DNA from: Mytilus californianus
Lineage: Eukaryota
Reading direction: 5' to 3'
Length of the DNA: 64,000 bases
NCBI RefSeq assembly: GCF_021869535.1
Contig: NW_026262581.1
Span: forward strand, 105,462,001 to 105,526,000
In this document: one piece after another, positions 40,501-54,220 of the stretch
How the letters are laid out: each line of letters opens with the position of its first letter
How positions within the stretch are numbered: the stretch's first letter is position 1
The notes under the pieces: generated by a model
The model's input: only the letters and a program-made list of their open reading frames with translations
The model's database searches: none
Told to the model about the DNA's origin: nothing
Translations under genes and position numbers: made by a program

Positions 40501-43500
40501 TGGACACGCTGATGAAGAAGTATTTACAGGAACTCGAACACCTCCTGACCACACATCAAGACCTTCGTCAGGGATAAATAAAACATCAAGGCCCACAAGT
40601 GCAAAGACGACATCCACACAAATAGACAATGATGTAAAGACTAGTGTTACAGAAGGTCCAATAGTAGTAAACAACGAAACATTATCTAGACCAACATCAA
40701 AATCAAAGGAATCGTCAAGACCTTCGAGTGCCAAAGACAACGCAGCAGATATTCTCCCTGCAGATGAAACAGATACATCAAAAACATCTGACACTTTGAA
40801 TAACATGAATGAAGACCAGACAAAAGATCAATCTGATCCAGGCAAAGAAAATGTGACTGGGACAACATCGTCGTCGTCTGGTCCACATTCTAGACCTTCT
40901 TCAGGAATAGAAGCATCTAAGGTAACCACTGCAATCGAAACCAATGATAAAATACCAGAAGATTCTTCACCTACAGGAAAATTGTCACCTGTCAATAATG
41001 AATCAAGTCCAGTACATGAAGCTAATAAAATATCAAGGACAAGTAGCCCTACCGACACGAAAATCAGTGACTTAAATGAGGAATTTGAAGTTAAGGAAAC
41101 TAGAAGACAATCATCTTCTGACAAAATTAGAACATCAAGACCAACATCAGGTTCAGGTAGCGCATCCAGACCAACAAGTGCGATTAAGAACACTAAAGAA
41201 ATAAATGGACACGCTGATGAAGAAGTATTTACAGGAACTCGAACACCTCCTGACCACACACCAAGACTTTCGTCAGGGATAAATAAAACATCAAGGCCCA
41301 CAAGTGCAAAGACGACAACCACACAAATAGACAATGATGTAAATACTAGTGTTACAGAAGGTCCAATAGTAGTAAACAAAGAAACAGTATCTAGACCAAC
41401 ATCAAAATCAAAGGAATCGTCAAGACCTTCGAGTGCCAAAGACAACGCAGCAGATCTTTTCCCTGCAGATGAAACAGATACATCAAAAACATCTGACACT
41501 TTGAATAACATGAATGAAGACCAGACAAAAGATCAATCTGATCCAGGCAAAGAAAATGTGACTGGGACAACATCTACGTCGTCTGGTCCACATTCTAGAC
41601 CTTCTTCAGGAATAGAAACATCTAAGGTAACCACTGCAATCGAAACCAATGATAAAATACCTGCAGATTCTTCACCTACAGGAAAATTGTCACTTGTCAA
41701 TAATGTATCAAGTCTAGTACTTGAAGCTAATAAAATATCAAGGACAAGTAGCCCTACCGACACGAAAATCAGTGACTTAAATGAGGAATTTGAAGTTAAG
41801 GAAACTATAAGACAATCATCTTCTGACAAAATTAGAACATCAAGACCAACATCAGGTTCAGGACGCGCATCCAGACCAACAAGTGCGATTAAGAACACTA
41901 AAGAAATAAATGGACACGCTGATGAAGAAGTATTTACAGGAACTCGAACACCTCCTGACCACACATCAAGACCTTCGTCAGGGATAAATAAAACATCAAG
42001 GCCCACAAGTGCAAAGACGACAACCACACAAATAGACAATGATGTAAAGACTAGTGTTACAGAAGGTGCAATAGTAGTAAACAACGAAACATTATCTAGA
42101 CCAACATCAAAATCAAAGGAATCGTCAAGACCTTCGAGTGCCAAAGACAACGCAGCAGATATTCTCCCTGCAGATGAAACAGATACATCAAAAACATCTG
42201 ACACTTTGAATAACATGAATGAAGACCAGACAAAAGATCAATCTGATCCAGGCAAAGAAAATGTGACTGGGACAACATCGTCGTCGTTTGGTCCACATTC
42301 TAGACCTTCGTCAGGAATAGAAGCATCTAAGGTAACCACTGCAATCGAAACCAATGATAAAATACCTGGAGATTCTTCACCTACAGGAAAATTATCACCT
42401 GTCAATAATGAATCAAGTCCAGTACATGAAGCTAATAAAATATCAAGGACAAGTAGCCCTACCGACACGAAAATCAGTGACTTAAATGAGGAATTTGAAG
42501 TTAAGGAAACTAGAAGACAATCATTTTCTGACAAAATTAGAACATCAAGACCAACATCAGGTTCAGGAAGCGCATCCAGGCCAACAAGTGGAATTAAGAA
42601 TACTAAAGAAATAATTGGACACGCTGATGAAGAAGTATTTACAGGAACTCGAACACCTCCTGACCACACATCAAGACCTTCGTCAGGGATAAATAAAACA
42701 TCAAGGCCCACAAGTGCAAAGACGACATCCACACAAATAGACAATGATGTAAAGACTAGTGTTACAGAAGGTCCAATAGTAGTAAACAACGAAACAGTAT
42801 CTAGACCAACATCAAAATCAAAGGAATCGTCAAGACCTTCGAGTGTCAAAGACAACGCAGCAGATATTCTCCCTGCAGATGAAACAGATACATCAAAAAC
42901 ATCTGACACTTTGAATAACATGAATGAAGACCAGACAAAAGATCAATCTGGTCCAGGCAAAGAAAATGTGACTGGGACAACATCTACGTCGTCTGGTCCA
43001 CATTCTAGACCTTCTTCTGGAATAGAAGCATCTAAGGTAACCAATGCAATCGAAACTTATGATAAAATACCTGGAGATTCTTCACCTACAGGAAAATTGT
43101 CACCTGTCAATAATGTATCAAGTCCAGTACATGAAGCTAATAAAATATCAAGGACAAGTAGCCCTACCGACACGAAAATCAGTGACTCAAATGAGGAATT
43201 TCAAGTTAAGGAAACTAGAAGACAATCATCTTCTGACAAAATTACAACATCAAGACCAACATCAGATTCAGGAAGCGCATCCAGACCAACAAGTGCGAGT
43301 AAGACCACTAAAGAAATAATTGGACACGCTGATGAAGAAGTATTTACAGGAACTCGAACACCTCCTGACCACACATCAAGACCTTCGTCAGGGATAAATA
43401 AAACATCAAGGCCCACAAGTGCAAAGACGACATCCACACAAATAGACAATGATGTAAAGACTAGTGTTACAGAAGGTCCAATAGTAGTAAACAACGAAAC

Positions 43501-46500
43501 ATTATCTAGACCAACATCAAAATCAAAGGAATCGTCAAGACCTTCGAGTGCCAAAGACAACGCAGCAGATATTCTCCCTGCAGATGAAACAGATACATCA
43601 AAAACATCTGACACTTTGAATAACATGAATGAAGACCAGACAAAAGATCAATCTGATCCAGGCAAAGAAAATGTGACTGGGACAACATCGTCGTCGTCTG
43701 GTCCACATTCTAGACCTTCTTCAGGAATAGAAGCATCTAAGGTAACCACTGCAATCGAAACCAATGATAAAATACCAGAAGATTCTTCACCTACAGGAAA
43801 ATTGTCACCTGTCAATAATGAATCAAGTCCAGTACATGAAGCTAATAAAATATCAAGGACAAGTAGCCCTATCGACACGAAAATCAGTGACTTAAATGAG
43901 GAATTTGAAGTTAAGGAAACTATAAGACAATCATCTTCTGACAAAATTAGAACATCAAGACCAACATCAGGTTCAGGAAGCGCATCCAGGCCAACAAGTG
44001 GAATTAAGAATACTAAAGAAATAATTGGACACGCTGATGAAGAAGTATTTACAGGAACTCGAACACCTCCTGACCACACATCAAGACCTTCGTCAGGGAT
44101 AAATAAAACATCAAGGCCCACAAGTGCAAAAACGACAACCACACAAATAGACAATGATGTAAAGACTAGTGTTACAGAAGGTCCAATAGTAGTAAACAAC
44201 GAAACAGTATCTAGACCAACATCAAAATCAAAGGAATCGTCAAGACCTTCGAGTGTCAAAGACAACGCAGCAGATATTCTCCCTGCAGATGAAACAGATA
44301 CATCAAAAACATCTGACACTTTGAATAACATGAATGAAGACCAGACAAAAGATCAATCTGATCCAGGCAAAGAAAATGTGACTGGGACAACATCTACGTC
44401 GTTTGGTCCACATTCTAGACCTTCTTCAGGAATAGAAGCATCTAAGGTAACCACTGCAATCGAAACTTATGATAAAATACCTGGAGATTCTTCACCTACA
44501 GGAAAATTGTCACCTGTCAATAATGTATCAAGTCCAGTACATGACGCTAATAAAATATCAAGGACAAGTAGCCCTACCGACACGAAAATCAGTGACTTAA
44601 ATGAGGAATTTGAAGTTAAGGAAACTAAAAGACAATCATCTTCTGAAAAAATTAGAACATCAAGACCAACATCAGGTTCAGGAAGCGCATCCATACCAAC
44701 AAGTGCGATAAAGAACACTGAAGAAATAAATGGACACGCTGATGAAGAAGTATTTACAGGTACTCGAACACCTCCTGACCACACATCAAGACCTTCGTCA
44801 GGGATAAATAAAACATCAAAGCCCACAAGTGCGAAGACGACAACCACACAAATAGATAATGATGTAAAGACTAGTGTTACAGAAGGTCCTATAGTAGAAA
44901 ACAACGAAACAGTATCTAGGCCAACATCAAAATCAAAGGAATCGTCAAGACTTTCGAGTGCCAAAGACAACGCAGCAGATCTTTTCCCTGCAGATGAAAC
45001 AGATACATCAAAAACATCTGACACTTTGAATAACACGAATGAAGACCAGACAAAAGATCAATTTGATCCAAGCAAAGAAAATGTGACTGGGACAACATCT
45101 TCGTCGTCTGGTCCACATTCTAGACCTTCTTCAGGAATAGAAGCATCTAAGGTAACCACTGCAATCGAAACCAATGATAAAATACCTGGAGATTCTTCAC
45201 CTACAGGAAAATTGTCACCTGTCAATAATGTATCAAGTCCAGTACATGAAGCTAATAAAATATCAAGGACAAGTAGCCCTACCGACACGAAAATCAGTGA
45301 CTTAAATGAGGAATTTGAAGTTAAGGAAACTAGAAGACAATCATCTTCTGACAAAATTAGAACATCAAGACCAACATCAGGTTCAGGAAGCGCATCCAGA
45401 CCAACAAGTGCGATTAAGAACACTGAAGAAATAAATGGACACGCTGATGAAGAAGTATTTACAGGAACTCAAACACCTCCTGACCACACATCAAGACCTT
45501 TGTCAGGGATAAATAAAACATCAAGGCCCACAAGTGCAAAGACGACAACCACACAAATAGACAATGATGTAAAGACTAGTGTTACAGAAGGTCCAATAGT
45601 AGTAAACAACGAAACAGTATCTAGACCAACATCAAAATCAAAGGAATCGTCAAGACCTTCGAGTGCCAAAGACAACGCAGCAGATCTTTTCCCTGCAGAT
45701 GAAACAGATACATCAAAAACATCTGACACTTTGAATAACATGAATGAAGACCAGACAAAAGATCAATCTGATCCAGGCAAAGAAAATGTGACTGGGACAA
45801 CATCTACGTCGTCTGGTCCACATTCTAGACCTTCTTCAGGAATAGAAGCATCTAAGGTAACCACTGCAATCGAAACCAATGATAAAATACCTGGAGATTC
45901 TTCACCTACAGGAAAATTGTCACCTGCCAATAATGTATTAAGTCCAGTACATGAAGCTAATAAAATATCAAGGACAAGTAGCCCTACCGACACGAAAATC
46001 AGTGACTTAAATGAGGAATTTGAAGTTAAGGAAACTATAAGACAATCATCTTCTGACAAAATTAGAACATCAAGACCAACATCAGATTCAGGAAGCGCAT
46101 CCAGACCAACAAGCGCGAGTAAGACCACTAAAGAAATAAATGGACCCGCTGATGAAGAAGTATTTACAGGTACTCGAACACCTCCTGACCACACATCAAG
46201 ACCTTCGTCAGGGATAAATAAAACATCAAGGTCCACAAGTGCGAAGACGACAACCACACAAATAGACAATGATGTAAAGACTAGTGTTACAGAAGGTCCT
46301 ATAGTAGAAAACAACAAAACAGTATCTATGCCAACATCAAAATCAAAGGAATCGTCAAGACTTTCGAGTGCCAAAGACAACGCAGCAGATCTTTTCCCTG
46401 CAGATGAAACAGATACATCAAAAACATCTGACACTTTAAATAACACGAATGAAGACCAGACAAAAGATCAATCTGATCCAGGCAAAGAAAATGTGACTGG

Positions 46501-49500
46501 GACAACATCGTCGTCGTCTAGTCCACATTCTAGACCTTCTTCAGGAATAGAAGCATCTAAGGTAACCACTGCAATCGAAACCAATGATAAAATACCTGGA
46601 GATTCTTCACCTACAGGAAAATTGTCACCTGTCAATAATGTATCAAGTCCAGTACATGAAGCTAATAAAATATCAAGGACAAGTAGCCCTACCGACACGA
46701 AAATCAGTGACTTAAATGAGGAATTTGAAGTTAAGGAAACTATAAGACAATCATCTTCTGACAAAATTAGAACATCAAGACCAACATCAGGTTCAGGAAG
46801 AGCATCCAGGCCAACAAGTGCGATTAAGAATACTAAAGAAATAATTGGACACGCTGATGAAGAAGTATTTACAGGAACTCGAACACCTCCTGACCACACA
46901 TCAAGACCTTCGTCAGGGATAAATAAAACATCAAGGCCCACAAGTGCAAAGACGACATCCACACAAATAGACAATGATGTAAAGACTAGTGTTACAGAAG
47001 GTCCAATAGTAGTAAACAACGAAACAGTATCTAGACCAACATCAAAATCAAAGGAATCGTCAAGACCTTCGAGTGCCAAAGACAACGCAGCAGATCTTCT
47101 CCCTGCAGATGAGACAGATACATCAAAAACATCTGACACTTTGAATAACATGAATAAAGACCAGAAAAAAGATGAATCTGATCCAGGCAAAGAAAATGTG
47201 ACTGGGAAAACATCGTCGTCGTCTGGTCCACATTCTAGACCTTCTTCAGGAATAGAAGCATCTAAGGTAACCACTGCAATCGAAACCAATGATAAAATAC
47301 CTGGAGATTCTTCACCTACAGGAAAATTGTCACCTGTCAATAATGTATCAAGTCCAGTACATGAAACTAATAAAATATCAAGGACAAGTAGCCCTACCGA
47401 CACGAAAATCAGTGACTTAAATGAGGAATTTGAAGTTAAGGAAACTAGAAGACAATCATCTTCTGAGAAAATTACAACATCAAGACCAACATCAGATTCA
47501 GGAAACGCATCCAGACCAACAAGTGCGAGTAAGACCACTAAAGAAATAAATGGACCCGCTGATGAAGAAGTATTTACAGGTACTCGAACACCTCCTGACC
47601 ACACATCAAGACCTTTGTCAGGGATAAATAAAAGATCAAGGCCCACAAGTGCAAAGACGACAACCACACAAATAGACAATGATGTAAAGACTAGTGTTAC
47701 AGAAGGTCCAATAGTAGTAAACAACGAAACAGTATCTAGACCAACATCAAAATCAAAGGAATCGTCAAGACCTTCGAGTGCCAAAGACAACGCAGCAGAT
47801 ATTCTCCCTGCAGATGAGACAGATACATCAAAAACATCTGACACTTTGAATAACATGAATGAAGACCAGACAAACGATCAATCTGATCCAGGCAAAGAAA
47901 ATGAGACTGGGACAACATCGTCGTCGTCTGGTCCACATTCTAGACCTTCTTCAGGAATAGAAGCATCTAAGGTAACCACTGCAATCGAAACCAATGATAA
48001 AATACCTGGAGATTCTTCACCTACAGGAAATTTGTCACCTGTCAATAATGTATCAAGTCCAGTACATGAAGCTAATAAAATATCAAGGACAAGTAGCCCT
48101 ACCGACACGAAAATCAGTGACTTCAATGAGGAATTTGAAGTTAAGGAAACTAGAAGACAATCATCTTCTAACAAAATTACAACATCAAGACCAACATCAG
48201 GTTCAGTAAGCGCATCAAGACCAACAAGTGCGAGTAAGACCACTAAAGAAATATATGGACACGCTGATGAAGAAGTATTTACAGGTACTCGAACACCTCC
48301 TGACCACACATCAAGACCTTCGTCAGGGATAAATAAAACATCAAGGCCCACAAGTGCGAAGACGACAACCACACAAATAGACAATGATGTAAAGACTAGT
48401 GTTATAGGAGGTTCAATAGTAGTAAACAACGAAACAGTATCTAGGCCAACAACAAAATCAAAGGAATCGTCAAGACTTTCGAGTGCCAAAGACAACGCAG
48501 CAGATCTTCTCCCTGCAGATGAGACAGATACATCAAAAACATCTGACACTTTGAATAACATGAATGAAGACCAGACAAAAGATCAATCTGATCCAGGCAA
48601 AGAAAATGTGACTGGGACAACATCGTCGTCGTCTGGTCCACATTCTAGACCTTCTACAGGAATAGAAGCGACTGAGGTAACCACTGCAATCGAAACCAAT
48701 GATAAAATACCTGGAGATTCTTCGCCTACAGGAAAATTGTCACCTGTCAATAATGTATCAAGTCCAGTACATGAAGCTAATAAAATATCAAGGACAAGTA
48801 GCCCTACCGACACGAAAATCAGTGACTTAAATGAGGAATTTGAAGTTAAAGAAACTAGAAGACAATCATCTTCTGACAAAATTACAACATCAAGACCAAC
48901 ATCAGGTTCAGGAAGCGCATCAAGACCAACAAGTGCGAGTAAGACCACTAAAGAAATATATGGACACGCTGATGAAGAAGTATTTACAGGTACTCGAACA
49001 CCTCCTGACCACACATCAAGACCTTCGTCAGGGATAAATAAAACATCAAGGCCCACAAGTGCGAAGACGACAACCACACAAATAGACAATGATGTAAAGA
49101 CTAGTGTTATAGAAGGTCCAATAGTAGTAAACAACGAAACAGTATCTAGGCCAACAACAAAATCAAAGGAATCGTCAAGACCTTCGAGTGCCAAAGACAA
49201 CGCAGCAGATATTCTCCCTGCAGATGAAACAGATACATCAAAAACATCTGACACTTTGAATAACATGAATGAAGACCAGACAAAAGATCAATCTGATCCA
49301 GGCAAAGAAAATGTGACTGGGACAACATCGTCGTCGTCTGGTCCACATTCTAGACCTTCTTCAGGAATAGAAGCGACTGAGGTAACCACTGCAATCGAAA
49401 CCAATGATAAAATACCTGGAGATTCTTCACCTACAGGAAATTTGTCACCTGTCAATAATGTATCAAGTCCAGTACATGAAGCTAATAAAATATCAAGGAC

Positions 49501-51007
49501 AAGTAGCCCTACCGACACGAAAATCAGTGACTTAAATGAGGAATTTGAAGTTAAGGAAACTAGAAGACAATCATCTTCTAACAAAATTACAACATCAAGA
49601 CCAACATCAGGTTCAGGAAGCGCATCAAGACCAACAAGTGCGAGTAAGACTACTAAAGAAATATATGGACACGTTGATGAAGAAGTATTTACAGGTACTC
49701 GAACACCTCCTGACCACACATCAAGACCTGCGTCAGGGATAAATAAAACATCAAGGCCCACAAGTGCAAAGACGACAACCACACAAATAGACAATGATGT
49801 AAAGACTAGTGTTACAGAAGGTCCAATAGTAGGAAACAATGAAACAGTATCTAGACCAACATCAAAATCAAAGGAATCGTCAAGACCTTCGAGTGCCAAA
49901 GACAACGCAGCAGATCTTCTCCCTGCAGATGAAACAGATACATCAAAAACATCTGACACTTTGAATAACATGAATGAAGACCAGACAAAAGATCAATCTG
50001 ATCCAGGCAAAGAAAATGTGACTGGGACAACATCGTCGTCGTCTGGTCCACATTCTAGACCTTCTTCAGGAATAGAAGCATCTAAGGTAACCACTGCAAT
50101 CGAAACCAATGATAAAATACCTGGAAATTCTTCACCTACAGGAAAATTGTCAACTGTCAATAATGTATCAAGTCCAGTACATGAAGCTAATAATATATCA
50201 AGGACAAGTAGCCCTACCGACACGAAAATCAGTGACTTAAATGAGGAATTTGAATTTAAGGAAACTAGAAGACAATCATCTTCTGACAAAATTACAACAT
50301 CAAGACCAACATCAGGTTCAGGAAGTGCATCCAGACCAACAAGTGCGAGTAAGACCACTACAGAAATAAATGGACCCGCTGATGAAGAAGTATTTACAGG
50401 TACTCGAACACCTCCTGACCACACATCAAGACCTTCGTCGGGGATAAATAAAACATCAAGGCCAATCAGTGCAAAGACGACAACATCAAAATCAAAGGAA
50501 TCGCCAAGACCATCGAGTGCCAGTAACAGCGCAGCAAATCTTATGTCTGAAGATGAAACAGATACATCAAAAACATCAAAGCAAGTGCATGTAGTTAATA
50601 AAATATCAAGGACAAATAGTCCAGACGACACGAAAACCAGTGACTTCAAGGACAAATTTGAAGTTAAGGAAACTAGAAGACAATCATCTTCTGACAATAT
50701 TACAACATCAAAACGAACTTCAGGTTCAAAAAGCGCATCAACCCCTAAAAGTAGAAGTGAGAACACTAAAGAAATAAATGGACACGCCGATGAAGAATTA
50801 TATACATTAACTGAAACATCTATTGACCAGGTATCAAGACGTCCTCGTCAAGTGAGTAAAACTCAAAGGCCAATTGAAGAAAACAAACAAATGGTTACAG
50901 AGGTAAAAGACAAACCTGAAGATGTAGAAACACGTAGAAGGTCTTCATCATCAGACAATATAAGAACATCAACTGGCACAACTATAATTGGAAATGATGA
51001 GATAGAG
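22599..51007 (+). CDS. Giant coding exon A: Ser/Thr-rich, predicted-disordered tandem-repeat polypeptide (~9,460 codons from ATG 22628); function unknown
   Basis: The frame is stop-free from 22556 to 51019 (track ORF 22586..51022 uses a TTG start). The first in-frame ATG is at 22628, with a possible phase-1 acceptor ttgtcttctttag| at 22598. A donor GAG|GTAAAC follows 51007 on a codon boundary. A short unique N-terminal stretch precedes ~40 copies of a 235-aa unit, about one-third S+T by manual count. Confidence 0.85.
22928..50790 (+). repeat. Coding tandem array, 705-bp unit: 39 units (unit 2 is 66 bp short), a 408-bp deleted unit 40, and a remnant
   Basis: Unit starts (T-K-E-I-N-G register) lie at 22928, 23633 and 24272, then every 705 bp to 50357, with a remnant at 50765. 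The 705-bp periodicity is mirrored in the minus-strand ORF track. Confidence 0.97.
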
Positions 51008-51250
51008 GTAAACACTATATAATTATATTCATCTTCTAGAGTAAAAAATCAAATACTCAAAATTTAGAATTTAATAAGATATTTATCATCGCACTGCAAT
51101 GACCAACATTACAAAATGTAATTGATGTACAATATTACCAAATGTCAAAATTCGTTTCAAAGTTAATCGAATTTATTTTTAAATGTACCGTCTACCGCAC
51201 AGAGCATTATACAGTTACATTGGTGTTAATTTGTTTATTGAAATTATAAA

Positions 51251-51459
51251 GAGAGAAAAGAAACCCAAGGAGCCATAAAAAATCCAATAAAAAAACCCAA
51301 CACTATGGCAAAAAAGAAAAATGACGAAAAGACACGTCACCAACAAAACAATTTACAAAAAAAAATTAAGATTGAGCAGCACATAAGAATCGCATAAAAA
51401 ATCTGGGGTAAACTCAGGTGCTCCGAAAGGGTAAGCACGTCCTACTCCACTAATGCACC
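51251..51459 (+). mobile_element. Family A, degenerate copy in the intron
   Basis: Carries actcaggtgctccgaaagggtaagcacgtcctactccac plus upstream similarity to the other copies. Confidence 0.6.
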
Positions 51460-53382
51460 TTTACACCGAACAATGTTTATATCAATTATTTTCACAAAAA
51501 AAGAAACAAAAACTCTAAATCACCCAACACAGCTTCCAACACTAATCACTTTTAGTCGTATATTGCATGGTATATAGTTTTTACACGAACGGTACATACT
51601 TTTGTTTTATCTTTGTCTATATTTCAAGAAATAGGAATAATATGCAATAATTCATTGTTTAAATGGAACTTTTGTGAATTTATTGGGCTATGCAAAAAAA
51701 TATTAGAGTTTCGTTTTTTTACTTTTCAATCTATACACTATTCCGATTTTCTTTTCTTTTCAAATATCTGCCGTTGTAATAAATAACTTTGTCCGTCCCA
51801 TAGTGATAATTCGTAGTTAATAAAACAGCATTCAAGAGAAACCTTCATTTTGCTGCTTCTAACAAATACAATATGTTTAAAACTAGTTACACTTCAAGGC
51901 TCGATTGTTCAATTATGACAGCTACGTATTTTAAATATAAAACATGTATTTGTTGAAGCGATTTTAAGATCTCATTTTGGAAAATGAAAGTCGTTGATCT
52001 CATGTGAAGCATAAAATATAATGAGATCCCTCAAATAGGCTTATATTGGATACTTTTTTATATGTACTTTTTGGCGGGGTATTTATTTCCGATTATTTCG
52101 CAGTAGGTATATTTTGTGAAAATATATACACACGAATAGAAATACAGCTTCAAATGACATACTTTTTCCGTGTTCAAAGTAACTATGCATGGATGATCAT
52201 AAGGGTAAAATTTCATTGTATTGTAATCAAGATATATAGAACAATAAATGGCACTGGCTATTTTCAGACTCTCTGCCCATAAAAATCTTTTATCTTTATC
52301 GATTCTTTTATATCGACCTTTTTCAATAGCTAACTGATGAGCACTAATTCTAAATTGAGTTAGGATTTTTCTATACTGAAATTTATTAACTTGACATAAA
52401 TATGCTTCCCTTTTGAAATTGTTTTAAATTTAAAATAAGTGTGCAATGTTTCCTTTTTTAACATTTGCATTATCATCTATAGTATTTTTTCAGTAAATCC
52501 TATATCTTCGAATCAATGTTTTTTTTTAACTTTTTTAACGTCAAAACTTTTTATATCAACATCAATACATATCAAAATATAAACAATACTAGAATACCAA
52601 GATGACTTATTACATTTGTAAGTGTCCAAACTTGTGACCAGGGCTTGCTTTAACAAAAGACCTTCTTCTAAACTATTAGTTCTTTATAATTTTTTTAGAA
52701 TTGAACAAATATTGTCAATATGCAATGGAGTACGACCTAGCTCTCCAATAACAGCTAAATTACATGATTTTTTATTTACTCCAAGAATGTTTTTGTAGAA
52801 CTTTAAACTTAAGTTTTCGCAATCAAACTTACTAATTTTTTTCTCAATTTCAAAGAGACTGTCTGTTTGACATTACGATACTTTAAAAATGCATTTCCCC
52901 AAATTTCTGAGCTATATGTTAAATTCGACTTTATCGTGGGGTCAAAGATATGTAAACAACTATCAATTTTCGGGATGTTTTCAACAAAAATTCTTTTTAA
53001 CTTGAAGAAAGCCAGTAACTTTCTTGATCAAATCATATCAAACCATAGAAAACTTCCAGAAGCAGAAAAACATCACACCCAAATATTTATAATTCTTGAC
53101 ATTTTCAATGGGTTCACCATCAAAACAAATGTTACATTTAATCATTTTACCACCTTTATTAAAATTTACATTTTTTTTTAAAGATTAACCTGAATACACC
53201 AGTTTTACAATATTCTTCTAGTTTATTTAAACATCTAATCAATCGTGATTGACTAGCAGAAAGAAGCCCAACATCATCGGCATACATTAAACATTTAGTT
53301 TTGTACTATCTAATTCAGTTGGTAGACATTAATCATAAAAAATACACGGTATATCATTGACAAATGTCTAACTCCAATGTTA

Positions 53383-54220
53383 GGCCGTGTTCACATTGAG
53401 CTAAACTCGGTGTGGTGTAAGTGTACTCTACACTTAAAACTAAACTCAATTACGTTCTCATTGATAAAAATCACTGTTAACATGTAGTTTGAAACAGGTT
53501 TTGACTACATACAGTCGATAGACAATGTAGGCCTTGTGTGGGTTAAGTGTTCATAAAACAAGATATCAAGAGCGTGGATTTTATTGTGAATATTTAAGGA
53601 AGTTAAATATATTGAATAAATATTATTATGATAATTCTGTGAGTTAAAATATTTTCCTATTTTTATGACAAACACTCCAAAAATTGCTCCTTTAAAAACA
53701 TTATTAAATTTAATATCCTTAGTGGGCCATTTGATTTTCAGCGGGAGGATTTTTTTTTTCTGATAGAATATTCATTTTACACAGGTTGATAGCACTTTTC
53801 ATTTATTTAGCGCGAAAATTATTTTCACTTTTTTCAACTTTTTTTTGCAAAGTCCTGCATTTTGAAGGACAAAATATTCATTTTCATTATGTCGTGGACA
53901 AGGTAATTTTTACAGTTAGTACCAGTCCATACTATTCATTTCCATAATCACCATATGTGTGACTGGGGAATATAGTAATATGGTTACCTAGATCTTCTTC
54001 CGATCGACCGTAAAACCTTTCCAAAGTAGAGCGTCCGGTTGGCTACGTCTCGGACGGCCTCTATTAAAGGACCTACCAATTGTATTTATTGTGAATTTGT
54101 TCTCATCCTGAACATGTATGAAATACAGATGAGAAAAATTTTAATGTGAAACCAGTGTCCACTACATTAAACTAATTGTTAACAAGTTTACAGTACGCAG
54201 CGTTTGGTGTGAACACGGCC
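53383..54220. mobile_element. PIF/Harbinger-type (Tourist-like) MITE, 838 bp
   Basis: It has perfect 13-bp TIRs, GGCCGTGTTCACA (53383-53395) and TGTGAACACGGCC (54208-54220), each flanked by TTA (53380-53382, 54221-54223). A TTA/TAA TSD is diagnostic of PIF/Harbinger. No transposase ORF is present. Confidence 0.85.
53985..54125 (+). mobile_element. SINE-like fragment nested in the MITE
   Basis: acctaccaattgtatttat...ttctcatcctgaacatgtatgaaata matches the reverse complement of 12625-12720. The family assignment is from recall only. Confidence 0.45.

Noticed and set aside
22645-50766. Dozens of 227-aa (and 60-66-aa) minus-strand ORFs rich in V/L/S/D, superficially membrane-protein-like
   Set aside because: They are the antisense shadow of the + strand repeat. 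Each unit has a fixed TGA and several acquire extra stops, while the + frame never does.
22928-50790. CRISPR array or bacterial serine-rich adhesin
   Set aside because: There are no unique spacers or cas genes and the unit is 705 bp and coding. The surroundings are eukaryotic (spliceosomal sites, LINEs, SINEs), with no LPxTG or signal motif.
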